DNA from: an uncultured Candidatus Saccharibacteria bacterium | GTDB lineage: Bacteria; Patescibacteriota; Saccharimonadia; Saccharimonadales; Saccharimonadaceae | Assembly: GCA_964566735.1 (NCBI GenBank) | Contig: CAZMJB010000001.1 | Coordinates: 21,516-85,515, forward strand | DNA length: 64,000 nucleotides | Direction of reading: 5' to 3' | In this document: positions 9,401-18,215 of the stretch, piece by piece | How positions within the stretch are numbered: position 1 is the first letter of the stretch | How the letters are laid out: every line of letters starts with the position of its first letter | Made by a program: the position numbers and the translations under genes | Notes under the pieces: model-generated | Seen by the model: the letters and a program-made list of their open reading frames with translations, nothing else | Databases searched by the model: none | What the model was told of the DNA's origin: nothing

Positions 9401-10231
9401 CCATCGTTCAATGATTTCATTCGGGTCGGTAACGTGCAGTTCAAAGTCCTTCAAAGACATGCGCTTTTCATCGCTCAAGTATGCACCCGTACCAACACAA
9501 AGCAAAATTTCGTGGGTATCCTGATCTTCGTGTGAAAGGTAATGTCCATCACTGGTCACAACCATAGGGATGTCGAGGTCTTCAGAAAGACGCTCAAGGT
9601 GGCCGTTAATTTTTACTTGTACATCCCAAGCGGTCTTCGACTCGAGGTGCCCGTGGTCTTGCAGCTCAAGGTAGTACCGATCACCGAAGACACTCTTATA
9701 CCAAGAAGCGATATTCTTTGCCTCTTCGTAGTTATCGACGCGAAGGTTCTCACCCAGCTCGCTACTGGCACACCCAGAAAGAATAATCAGTCCTTCGTTA
9801 TACTTTTCAAGCAGTTCACGGTCGATACGCGGCTTATAATACATGCCTTCAAGGTTGGCAGTAGTACTGAGCTTCATGAGGTTTTGATAGCCCGTATTGT
9901 TCATTGCCAGGATAATAAGGTGATAGCGAGCCTTGTCTTTTTGCGGGTCGCGGTCATGGCGACTTCGCGCAGCCACATACGCTTCCATACCCAAAATTGG
10001 CTTAATGCCCTCAGCATTGGCAGCTTTATAGAAATCGAGGACTCCTGACATTGTGCCATGATCAGTAATCGCCACCGCTTCCATACCCATTTCTTTTACG
10101 GTTTCGATGAGCTTTGGAATTTTGCTCAGACCGTCAAGAAGACTGTGGTGTGTATGGTTATGTAAGTGGACGTACTGGGACGTTTTTAAAGTGGCCCCCT
10201 GTGTTGGTGTAGATGATACTTCAACCCCCAT
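6491..10231 (-). CDS. dnaE: DNA polymerase III alpha subunit
   Basis: 1246 aa with an N-terminal PHP domain (HLHNHTHHSLLDG), a polymerase core and an OB fold. A Gly/Pro-rich linker and an extra C-terminal domain follow. Confidence 0.95.
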   Translation of the reverse strand: MGVEVSSTPTQGATLKTSQYVHLHNHTHHSLLDGLSKIPKLIETVKEMGMEAVAITDHGTMSGVLDFYKAANAEGIKPILGMEAYVAARSRHDRDPQKDKARYHLIILAMNNTGYQNLMKLSTTANLEGMYYKPRIDRELLEKYNEGLIILSGCASSELGENLRVDNYEEAKNIASWYKSVFGDRYYLELQDHGHLESKTAWDVQVKINGHLERLSEDLDIPMVVTSDGHYLSHEDQDTHEILLCVGTGAYLSDEKRMSLKDFELHVTDPNEIIERWSKTHPEAVANTKVIADRCNVDIELGKILIPTFPTPEGHDEKSYLDLLTFQGLAWRYGGVSQEESENLSIEDAKKLLSDEVLERTAYELDVMDRMGYNGYFLIVQDFINWGKNQGIIFGPGRGSAAGSIVSYAIRITELDPLKYDLLFERFLNPDRISMPDVDIDIQDTRRNEVIQYCTDKYGAEKVANIVTFGTMAARAAVRDVARVLQVPYGESDRIAKLVPQPVQGRHIPLSVSVKEDADFKHEYETNPTAKQVIDFAMRLEGTIRSHGVHAAGVVIAPDDIVKFVPIEMSQKGVPATQFPMGQVEELGLLKMDFLGLSNLSIINNALRIIKKVYKTDIDLNAIPLDDAKTYALFQRGDTTGVFQLESAGMKRYLRELKPSVFDDIIAMVALYRPGPMQFIDSFIKRKHGEEPITYLDKGLENSLKNTYGILVYQEQFMQISKEWCGFTGGQADTLRKAVGKKNIDLMRKVKVDFVEGAMKVSGAKQKDAETFWDQLEEFANYCFNKSHAACYGLIAYWTAYLKAHYPDAFMAALMTSDADDTERLAIEIAECKHMGIKVLSPDVNESYVEFAVVPGENEIRFGMAAVKGVGVGVVEEILRAREDGKFTSVEDFAKRVSTQKVNKKAWDSLIKTGAFDEMADRSDLLFNLETIQGFASKLQKEALSGQTDLFGGMANVAAIQPTVSLTPAPVKHTDKERLTWERELLGLYISAHPLDNYDAYFSEQTVPVTEMTQDIDGKSLTIGGLVSAVRSIVTKSGTKMAFVKLEDKTGESEVIVFPNLYEQVGAKLVQDAVIRATGKVSARDRDGNLTSDVKLIADDIQIVDDEELRTYESTGRIMTKPKAGKVVATRKPRTPYKGNGNGGGGFPKPAASGPGASSAPREPSGPPPAAEVLKKLFVHVKDPDDQTALMRIRNECSHFPGLSDMVLVLGPEKQSAIKMPFRVDGSDELIGRLVKILGEDAVVLK

Positions 10232-10249
10232 CGCTAGTACTAGTATAGC

Positions 10250-10277
10250 GAAAACTACAGACTAAGTCTGTAGTTTT
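10250..10277. terminator. Bidirectional intrinsic terminator
   Basis: Stem ACTACAGAC, loop taa, stem GTCTGTAGT, with an A-run upstream and a T-run downstream. Confidence 0.6.
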
Positions 10278-10299
10278 TAATGCATATTTAACTATTTAG

Positions 10300-10578
10300 T
10301 TACTGAGAAGTTTGAACCGTGTCAACGATGTATTGGACAAAGTCACCGACTGCACCTGGAATGTCAGCAAAAAGCGACAAAAACCAGAGGACAACCGCAA
10401 CGACAATCGTTGCACCAATCACCGTGCCAAGGCCGAAGAATACACCTCGGAAAAAGTTTACACCGTAAATTTGAGCTCGAGATTTGTGAAAATCGTAAAA
10501 TAGATCTTCCAATACGGCCCGGCGTGCACCAAGTTCGCTTTCGCGGTCTACTTTGTGCTTAATCTTTTTAACCACCAT
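10300..10578 (-). CDS. Small membrane protein
   Basis: 92 aa with a charged N-terminus and two hydrophobic segments. Confidence 0.5.
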   Translation of the reverse strand: MVVKKIKHKVDRESELGARRAVLEDLFYDFHKSRAQIYGVNFFRGVFFGLGTVIGATIVVAVVLWFLSLFADIPGAVGDFVQYIVDTVQTSQ

Positions 10579-10587
10579 TGTAAAAGG

Positions 10588-10911
10588 CTACTTCTTTTTA
10601 GTGGTTGGCTTCTTAGAAAAGCCCTTTTTAGCGCCAGCAACGGCCTGTTCGGTACGACCCTTGAGCTCATTTGCCTTGTCGGCAGCTTCGCCAATAAACT
10701 CCTCGGCCTTACCCTTTACTTGTCGCGCCTTCTTCTCGGCCAAGTCTTTTACTTCGCCCGCTTTTTCAGCTGCAGTATCTTTCGTTTTCGTAGCAACGTC
10801 CTTGATGTCTTGTCGTGTTTCTTTGCCGCTCTTTGGAGCGATAAGAATTCCGGTTACAAAACCAGCAATAGCACCGAATACTACCCCTGCAGCTGCTTTA
10901 CCCTTTGACAT
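10588..10911 (-). CDS. YtxH-domain protein
   Basis: AGVVFGAIAGFVTGILIAPKSGKETRQDIKD is the typical YtxH N-terminus. The rest is Lys/Ala/Glu-rich helix. Confidence 0.7.
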   Translation of the reverse strand: MSKGKAAAGVVFGAIAGFVTGILIAPKSGKETRQDIKDVATKTKDTAAEKAGEVKDLAEKKARQVKGKAEEFIGEAADKANELKGRTEQAVAGAKKGFSKKPTTKKK

Positions 10912-10912
10912 A

Positions 10913-11176
10913 TTAGTTACTCCCTTTTTTAGATTTAGATGTAAATTTCTTTATGTAACGGTTCACCATTTCAGCGATGAACAGTGGTGATGTAAGGCGA
11001 CTGACGCCAACAACTGCATTATCAATGTGTGATACGGTGCTTTGCGCTGATTTCGCGAGACGACGAATTTCAGAGGTTAGCTTTATGAGGTAAATCCCCA
11101 GAATGATTGCAACCACGAGAAAAACAGAAAGAACACTTGCAACGATAATCACCAATATTTCTGCGGCTTGGTCCAT
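10913..11176 (-). CDS. DUF948-like single-pass membrane protein
   Basis: 87 aa with an N-terminal TM helix followed by a coiled segment. It is immediately upstream of the YtxH gene with a 1-nt gap. Confidence 0.55.
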   Translation of the reverse strand: MDQAAEILVIIVASVLSVFLVVAIILGIYLIKLTSEIRRLAKSAQSTVSHIDNAVVGVSRLTSPLFIAEMVNRYIKKFTSKSKKGSN

Positions 11177-11273
11177 GTATGCTCCTTTTATTGATTACTT
11201 TTTGTGTTTAATTGTAGTATACGCTTCATTTTGCTTTATTGACAAGTTAGTTGTCAAGTCGCTGTTTTGTACT

Positions 11274-12725
11274 CTATCCTAAGCGTTTGCGAATCATCTC
11301 CTGCGCCATAGCAGGATTTGCCTTGCCTTGAGATTTCTTCATTACCTGGCCAACAAGGAAGCCAATAGCTTTATCCTGACCGGCCTTAATATCTTCGATT
11401 GATTTTGCACTTGCTGGGTCGGCGAGGACTTCGTCAACAACAGCGCCAATCGCGCCCTCGTCGCTTACCTGAAGGAGATTTTTAGATTCAGCAATTTGGC
11501 GTGGTTGTACATCGCTTGTGAGGAGCTCTTGGAATATTTCCTTCGCAGCAGTGCTCGATAGCTCATTCTTAGCTACCATTTCAGAAAGTTCGATATACCC
11601 GGCTGGTGAGAAGTTACTCGCAATAGCAGCTTCTTCCTCACTCCCACTTCCCACTGCGCTTGCAAACCAGTGCGCCACACGGCGTGCGGCATCGTCACCA
11701 GCAGCCTGTTGAATTTCAGACACGAGCTTTGCGTAGCTTTGTGTCGCAATCAATGCCTCAACGACTGAGCGGTCGAGGTTCATACTCGCCCAGGCGTCAC
11801 GGTACATGTTTGGCAATGCAGGTACAGTCGCCTGAATCGTTTCGATTTCTTCCTTCGTAAGAACAATTGGTGGAATATCAGCGTCAGGCATGTAGCGGTA
11901 ATCCTGCGCGTCTTCTTTGCTGCGCTGTGAGCTTGTGCGTCCAGTGGCATCGTCCCAACCGCGAGTTTCCTGAACAACCTTTTCACCCTTTTCGAGGATT
12001 TCGATTTGACGCTCAAATTCATGCTGCGCCGCACGCTCTACGCTCTTAAACGAGTTCAGGTTCTTCACTTCAGCACGAGTACCGAGTTCGGCTGCGCCCT
12101 TTTTCGCTACAGAGATATTCACATCAAAACGCATATTACCGTGGAACAAGTTTCCGAGTGTTACACCCGCATACGTCATGAGTCGGTGAAGTTCGGTCGC
12201 ATAGGCTTTTGCACCTGCAGCAGAGTGAATATCCGGTTCAGAAACAATTTCAATTAGTGGTGTACCGGCACGATTAAGGTCCACGAGGCTGTGGGTGCCG
12301 TAATGGGTCAGTTTACCAGCGTCTTCTTCGAGGTGGGCGTGATGAATACGCACGTGAACCATTTCGCCATTTTCGAGGGGTGCGTCAATATAACCATCAA
12401 GAATAATCGGCTGATACATCTGGCTAATCTGGTAGCCCTTAGGAAGGTCAGGGTAAAAATAGTGCTTGCGGTCGAAGCGACTAACTTCAGCAATACCCGC
12501 GTTGAGTGCTTTGCCGGCCTTAACAGCAAGCGTGACCGCCTCACGGTTAAGTACCGGGAGCATACCCGGGAGGCCAAAGTCAATTGGACTCGTTGCGATG
12601 TTTGGATCTTTATCGCGGGCATCGTTGTCAGCACCACTAAAAAGCTTGGTTGCGGTAGCAAGCTGCACGTGGCATTCAATACCGATAGTCATTTCATATT
12701 GATCGAGAACTTCAGGTGAAGGCAT
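11274..12725 (-). CDS. gatB: Asp/Glu-tRNA amidotransferase subunit B
   Basis: 483 aa with GatB N-terminal motifs (IGIECHVQL, HLEEDAGK) and a C-terminal YqeY-like tail. Confidence 0.95.
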   Translation of the reverse strand: MPSPEVLDQYEMTIGIECHVQLATATKLFSGADNDARDKDPNIATSPIDFGLPGMLPVLNREAVTLAVKAGKALNAGIAEVSRFDRKHYFYPDLPKGYQISQMYQPIILDGYIDAPLENGEMVHVRIHHAHLEEDAGKLTHYGTHSLVDLNRAGTPLIEIVSEPDIHSAAGAKAYATELHRLMTYAGVTLGNLFHGNMRFDVNISVAKKGAAELGTRAEVKNLNSFKSVERAAQHEFERQIEILEKGEKVVQETRGWDDATGRTSSQRSKEDAQDYRYMPDADIPPIVLTKEEIETIQATVPALPNMYRDAWASMNLDRSVVEALIATQSYAKLVSEIQQAAGDDAARRVAHWFASAVGSGSEEEAAIASNFSPAGYIELSEMVAKNELSSTAAKEIFQELLTSDVQPRQIAESKNLLQVSDEGAIGAVVDEVLADPASAKSIEDIKAGQDKAIGFLVGQVMKKSQGKANPAMAQEMIRKRLG

Positions 12726-12726
12726 A

Positions 12727-13155
12727 TTAAATTGCTCCCATGTCTTTTAAGCCTTGTTTGTAGGCGATAAGTGCTTGTCGTGCACGGTCGTAATCGACAC
12801 GAGCATCCGTTTCGTGTGCCAAGCGGTTACGGAGCTTGTGGGCGGCCCACACACCGTTACCGTTCGTCCATTTACCCTGGCACTGCTTCATGCGCTCTGC
12901 CATTGTCTTGCCCGAAAGGCCACGGTCGCGCAGTGATTGATCGAGTAGTTTGTCCGCGTCAAAAATACATACCGTATAGCTGTGTTCGTCGTCGCGTTTT
13001 AGCTTTGATTCAATTGCCATCCAACGACTACGATATTTATCTTGGTCGAGCGTACGCGGGCTATTCTTGGCAATAGAAATGAAGACGAATAGAAGGCCGC
13101 CGAAAATAAGAATTGCTGAAAAGAAAAAGATAATTGAAAGTGTTTGATCCATCAT
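12727..13155 (-). CDS. TM-anchored small protein with an RNxxAH (HEPN/Abi-like) motif
   Basis: 142 aa with an N-terminal TM helix and a helical C-domain containing AHKLRNRLAHE. It overlaps gatA by 4 nt and ends 1 nt before gatB. Confidence 0.55.
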   Translation of the reverse strand: MMDQTLSIIFFFSAILIFGGLLFVFISIAKNSPRTLDQDKYRSRWMAIESKLKRDDEHSYTVCIFDADKLLDQSLRDRGLSGKTMAERMKQCQGKWTNGNGVWAAHKLRNRLAHETDARVDYDRARQALIAYKQGLKDMGAI

Positions 13156-14516
13156 GCTTCCACCTCTTTCGCAATTGCAAGCAACACTGCGTCCGATTGG
13201 CGTGGTCCAATAAGCTGAACGCCAACTGGCAGTCCTGCGTCAGTTGTGCCAGCTGGTACTGAAACAGCTGGAAGGCCGGCAAGACTCGCCGGTACCGTCA
13301 TGATGTCAGCGAGGTACATTTTGACTGGGTCGGCTACATTCTCGCCCAGCGCAAACGCTGGGGTCGGTGCAACTGGTCCAACAATAAGGTCAAACGACTC
13401 AAAGAGACTGTTAAACTCGTTAATCAAAAGTGTGCGCGCTTTTTGCGCTTGGAGGTAATACGCATCAAAGAAGCCGCTCGAAAGCACATAGCTTCCAATC
13501 ATTATACGGCGCTTGTTTTCGGGCATAAAGCCATGGTCACGAGAAAGCCCGTATACTTCACCGAGGCTTTGTGCTTCGGCACGATTTCCATAGCGAATAC
13601 CATCGTATCGACCAAGGTTACTGCTAATCTCTGCTGGAACAACAATGTAATAAATAGCGAGCGCGTACTTCACCATCGGAAGACTCACCTCTTCAACAGT
13701 GTGACCCTTCGCCTTCAGCTGCTCAATGTACTCAGTTACCCTTTGACGCACTTCCACGTCAACGTCTTCGGTCATAAACTCTTTAATCACACCAATACGC
13801 TTCGGTGCTTCAATTACCTCTGGTTTAAAGAAGTCAGGAAGTGTCGTCATGTCCTTGCGGTCACGACCACTAAGGATATCCATAACCAGCTCGGCATCTT
13901 CGGCGGTTGCAGACAAAACACCAATCGTGTCGGTACTACTTGCCATCGCTACAACACCATACCGGCTGACTGTCCCGTAGGTTGGCTTTATCCCGACAAC
14001 ACCGTTAAAGCTGGCTGGCTGACGAATTGAACCACCCGTGTCGGTTCCGAGTGTAAATGGCACAATATCGAGCGCCACAGCTACCGCTGAGCCACCGCTA
14101 CTCCCCCCGGCAACGCGGGTTTGATCTACGGCATTCTTCGTTGGGCCAAATGCTGAGTTTTCGGTACTTCCACCGTGCGCAAAAGCGTCAAGGTTAGCCT
14201 TACCAATACAAATCGCACCCTCGGCCTCTAGCTTTTCGATAGCAGTCGCCTGGAGAGGAGCCTCAAAACCTTCGAGAAACTTACTTGCAGCGGTTGTCGT
14301 GCCGCCAAGCGTCAAAAAGTTATCCTTGGCAATGAACGGGACGCCCGCTAAGCGACCCGTGATTTCACCTGCATCAACTTTGCCGGCGCGCTCGAGGGCG
14401 CGGTCCTCACTCAGAGATAGGATGGCGTTAAAAGCTTCGTTTTCGCGAGCCTTCGTAAGAGCTCGTTCGACATTTTCACGTGCACTCACACCAAGATAAT
14501 CAGAAATTTTCACCAT
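13152..14516 (-). CDS. gatA: Glu-tRNA(Gln) amidotransferase subunit A
   Basis: 454 aa with the amidase signature GGSSGGSAVAVA. Confidence 0.95.
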   Translation of the reverse strand: MVKISDYLGVSARENVERALTKARENEAFNAILSLSEDRALERAGKVDAGEITGRLAGVPFIAKDNFLTLGGTTTAASKFLEGFEAPLQATAIEKLEAEGAICIGKANLDAFAHGGSTENSAFGPTKNAVDQTRVAGGSSGGSAVAVALDIVPFTLGTDTGGSIRQPASFNGVVGIKPTYGTVSRYGVVAMASSTDTIGVLSATAEDAELVMDILSGRDRKDMTTLPDFFKPEVIEAPKRIGVIKEFMTEDVDVEVRQRVTEYIEQLKAKGHTVEEVSLPMVKYALAIYYIVVPAEISSNLGRYDGIRYGNRAEAQSLGEVYGLSRDHGFMPENKRRIMIGSYVLSSGFFDAYYLQAQKARTLLINEFNSLFESFDLIVGPVAPTPAFALGENVADPVKMYLADIMTVPASLAGLPAVSVPAGTTDAGLPVGVQLIGPRQSDAVLLAIAKEVEA

Positions 14517-14517
14517 A

Positions 14518-14808
14518 TTACAAAACTTTCGGTACTTTTATTTGTTGCTGTTCAGCTGATGGTGCCATCGCAATGAGCTCATCACGGCCAAGTCCATAAT
14601 TATCAACGACGTCGTCGCGCCATACGTTCTGAAGGTCGGTCACCTGATAGGTTGGCTCCACGCCATCGGTATTGAGTTCGGCCAACTGGTCAATGTAACC
14701 GAGGATATTGCTCAGATCAATGCGAAGCGCCTCTGCTTCTTGATCATCAAGTTGCAAACTACTTAGCTGTGCGAGGCGGTGCACATCATCAGTCGAAATA
14801 TCTGTCAT
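14518..14808 (-). CDS. gatC: Asp/Glu-tRNA amidotransferase subunit C
   Basis: The ORF track entry is 14518-14889. I place the start at the internal M (MTDISTDDVHRLAQLSSLQL...), which gives a GatC-sized protein. Confidence 0.8.
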   Translation of the reverse strand: MTDISTDDVHRLAQLSSLQLDDQEAEALRIDLSNILGYIDQLAELNTDGVEPTYQVTDLQNVWRDDVVDNYGLGRDELIAMAPSAEQQQIKVPKVL

Positions 14809-14895
14809 ATACCTTATTGTATAACAGCGGTCACGAAAGGCCAATGACACATTTTCACACCCTGCATCTATTGCGCTTATGATAAACATGAAGGA

Positions 14896-15545
14896 ATGAG
14901 TTATCGCACAAAATCTGGCTTTACCATTGTCGAGCCGCTTATTGTTGTAGTCGTCATTGCTGTCCTTGCAACGATTACCATCGTCAGCTTTAATGGCATT
15001 TCAACCCGAGCGCAGGAAACTGGGTTTAAAACTGACCTTAGCTCTCAAAACAAGAAGCTTGAAATTGAAAAAGTAAAAGCGGTGCTATGAACACGGACAT
15101 CGTCGAGCAATTTCGCTCTGTTTCACTAAGTAGCAGCACTGTCTCCTATCGATACGGAGATTCTTACGGTCAATGTCTTGAAATTACTACGATTACTACG
15201 CCGACAAAACAATACTATATCAATACAACAGGAGGGGTGAGTGAGACGCTTCCAGGCACTTGCCCTACGCCCTCGAGTACAGTTACAATCCGTTGCATTA
15301 CAGGAGAGGTTTCCCTCACCGTACGCCAGACAAACTATATGAGCGCTGCCGTTTCGCTTGAATATGCAACTCCTTATGGAAATAGTACAAATGCATCCGT
15401 TCTTCCTGGTGCATCTGCGACCGCGGCGTTTTCTGTACGCCAACCTACGATGCAGGCGGGCGTTGCAACGGTAAAAATAACGAACTCAACTAACCCTTCG
15501 GAGTCAACCACCCGGTTTCATCCATATCCAGCAGCAAGCTGTTAA
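14896..15545 (+). pseudogene. Type IV pilin-like gene split into two overlapping frames (14896-15090 and 15087-15545)
   Basis: ORF1 is only the prepilin N-terminus (GFTIVEPLIVVVVIAVLATITIVSFNG...). ORF2 has no signal sequence but contains the pilin-body motif TVSYRYGDSYGQC, which resembles TTYRYLVSADNADYC in the intact pilins. The frames switch within an A-rich tract at 15068-15090. Confidence 0.55.
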
Positions 15546-17512
15546 AGTTTTGATTGAATCTCAGCAATCAAATCGCGAAGTTCTGCTGCCTTTTCAAACT
15601 CAAGATTCGCACTGGCCAAATCCATTTGCGCTGAAAGGTCTTTCACGAGGCTCTTATACTCGTCTTTTGGAATCTTTTTCAGGTCAAGCTTCGGTTTTTC
15701 GTCATCCTTCTTTGGGATGATTGCACGAAGTCCTTCGTCGATTTCCTTTGCGACACTGGTCGGCGTAATACCATGTTCAGTGTTATACGCTTCTTGAATA
15801 CCGCGACGACGATTCGTTTCATCAATAGCTTGCTGCATTGATTTTGTAACGTTATCGGCATACATAAGCACCTTCCCTTCAAGGTGACGAGCGGCACGAC
15901 CGATAATCTGAATCAGCGCACTCGCACTACGCAGGAACCCTTCCTTATCGGCATCAATAATAGCAACGAGGCTTACTTCTGGCAGGTCGAGACCTTCGCG
16001 AAGCAGGTTGATGCCAACTAGTACATCGTAGACGCCCGTACGAAGGTCACGCAAAATATCGCTTCGTTCTAATGTATCGACTTCACTGTGAATATACGCA
16101 GTCTTAATGTCGAGCTCAAGAAGATACGTTGAAAGGTCTTCGGCCATACGCTTAGTGAGCGTTGTCACGAGCACGCGCTGGCCCTTTTCGACGCGTTCAC
16201 GAATTTCGGCTATTAGGTCATCGATTTGGCCTTCTGTTGGGCGAATAATAATTTCTGGGTCAATAAGCCCTGTTGGGCGAATAATCTGCTGGACAGGCTC
16301 TGGACTATGCGACAGTTCATATTCGGCTGGGGTTGCTGATACATACACCGCCTGGTGCAAGTGACGGTTAAATTCGTCAAAGGTCAACGGACGGTTGTCG
16401 AGTGCACTTGGCAAGCGGAAGCCATGCTCAACCAGCACTTCCTTGCGTGCGCGGTCGCCATTATACATACCGCGAACCTGCGGTAAGGTCATGTGGCTTT
16501 CATCAACGAACAGCAAGAAGTCATCGGGGAAATAATCGAGCAGCGTTGCTGGCTGTTCGCCAGGCTCACGATTAGTGAGGTATCGGCTATAATTCTCGAT
16601 TCCCTTCACAAAGCCCGTTTCTTCAAGCATTTCAATATCATACTTTGTGCGCTGACCAAGGCGCTGGGCTTCAAGCAATTTATCGTGCTTTTCAAAGAAG
16701 TCCATGCGGTCTTCAAATTCACGCTTAATGTTTTCAATAGCATGCGCCAGTTTTTGCTTCGGCGTTACGTAGTGGCTACTTGGAAAAATATCAACTTGCG
16801 CAGGCTCGCCTAAAATCTCACCCGTAAGTGGGTCAATGCGAGTAATGCGCTCGACTTCATCACCAAAGAACTCAATACGGTACGCAACATCGCTACCAGC
16901 AGGGAAAACATCGACAATATCACCCTTTACACGAAAGGTTCCGCGGTGAAAATCGATATCATTGCGTTGGTACTGAATATCCGTAAGGAGTCGAATAAAT
17001 TTATCTTGCTGGCGGCGTTCGCCGCGCTTCACGGTAATCGACATCTCGGCATAATCATCTGGCGAACCAATACCGTAAATACAGCTTACGCTGGCAACGA
17101 TAATCGTATCGCGACGTGTAAGAAGCGCAGTGGTTGCAGCGTGACGCAAACGGTCGATCTCATCGTTGATCTTGCTGTCTTTTTCAATGTAGGTGTCGCT
17201 ACTCGCAATGTAGGCTTCTGGCTGGTAGTAATCGAAGTAACTTACAAAGTAGTGAACCTCATTTTCAGGGAAGAACGACTTAAACTCACTGTAAAGTTGA
17301 GCGGCGAGTGTTTTGTTGTGCGCAAGCACAAGTGTCGGCGCTTGGCGCTGGGCAATAATGTTCGCCATCGTGAACGTCTTACCCGAACCGGTCACACCAA
17401 GGAGGGTCTGCTCACGCTCACCCTTGTCGAGCCCTTCAACCAATTGAGCAATAGCCGTCGGCTGGTCACCGGTTGGCTCATACTTCGAAGATAGAACAAA
17501 ACGCTGGTTCAT
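15542..17512 (-). CDS. uvrB: Excinuclease ABC subunit B
   Basis: 656 aa with Walker [11 protein letters not shown], helicase motifs and a C-terminal UVR domain. Confidence 0.95.
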   Translation of the reverse strand: MNQRFVLSSKYEPTGDQPTAIAQLVEGLDKGEREQTLLGVTGSGKTFTMANIIAQRQAPTLVLAHNKTLAAQLYSEFKSFFPENEVHYFVSYFDYYQPEAYIASSDTYIEKDSKINDEIDRLRHAATTALLTRRDTIIVASVSCIYGIGSPDDYAEMSITVKRGERRQQDKFIRLLTDIQYQRNDIDFHRGTFRVKGDIVDVFPAGSDVAYRIEFFGDEVERITRIDPLTGEILGEPAQVDIFPSSHYVTPKQKLAHAIENIKREFEDRMDFFEKHDKLLEAQRLGQRTKYDIEMLEETGFVKGIENYSRYLTNREPGEQPATLLDYFPDDFLLFVDESHMTLPQVRGMYNGDRARKEVLVEHGFRLPSALDNRPLTFDEFNRHLHQAVYVSATPAEYELSHSPEPVQQIIRPTGLIDPEIIIRPTEGQIDDLIAEIRERVEKGQRVLVTTLTKRMAEDLSTYLLELDIKTAYIHSEVDTLERSDILRDLRTGVYDVLVGINLLREGLDLPEVSLVAIIDADKEGFLRSASALIQIIGRAARHLEGKVLMYADNVTKSMQQAIDETNRRRGIQEAYNTEHGITPTSVAKEIDEGLRAIIPKKDDEKPKLDLKKIPKDEYKSLVKDLSAQMDLASANLEFEKAAELRDLIAEIQSKL

Positions 17513-17547
17513 CTTTTCTATTATAACTCAAGGGAGCTTCAGGAGTA

Positions 17548-18153
17548 TTAGTCGATGTTCTTCAGCAAACTAAACGCATCACTGAATGACTTTTGATACG
17601 ACTGAAGTTTAGCAGTATCGCTCGTGCAGGTTGCATCAGCAAGTGAAAGTCCGTACGTTGTACCATCTACGGTTGTGGTTTTCGTCAGCGTCCCCCGCTC
17701 GCCCTCTGTCGGACTTGCAAGGATTGAAGCAAAGGTACCAGCGTCATTTGTGCACTTCGTACCGATAAGCTGTGGACTTCGGAACTCTACATACCGCGTA
17801 CCGTTGTTTGCTCGGAGCACTTCATATTCAAAGCCGCCGATTCCCTTGACGTATGACACGGTGATGTCCATCGGTACAATATCGACAGTTGCTACTCTTG
17901 CGAGATCAAGCGCAGGCTCACCCGAGGTGCTTTCACTACTTTGCTGCTGATTGGTTTGGTTTTGACCATTGTCCGGCGTTTCAACCCCCTGATTGGCATC
18001 ATTTTCCTGACTCACCTGCTCCTGTTGAACATACGGGTCCTCTTTGCCTGGCGAGAGGGTTCGTATAAGGGCTACAGTACCGACGGCAACCAATAAGACG
18101 GCTAGTATCGATAGAGTGGTAACGAGCGTGCGCTTCCTCTTCTTGTGTGCCAT
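17548..18153 (-). CDS. Membrane-anchored hypothetical protein
   Basis: 201 aa with an N-terminal TM helix, then a Gln/Asn-rich linker and a Cys-containing domain. Confidence 0.5.
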   Translation of the reverse strand: MAHKKRKRTLVTTLSILAVLLVAVGTVALIRTLSPGKEDPYVQQEQVSQENDANQGVETPDNGQNQTNQQQSSESTSGEPALDLARVATVDIVPMDITVSYVKGIGGFEYEVLRANNGTRYVEFRSPQLIGTKCTNDAGTFASILASPTEGERGTLTKTTTVDGTTYGLSLADATCTSDTAKLQSYQKSFSDAFSLLKNID

Positions 18154-18215
18154 ATTCCCTCGCAGTTAATTACTACTAAGCATAGCCAGTTCAGGCTTTT
18201 AAGTAAAGATGACTT

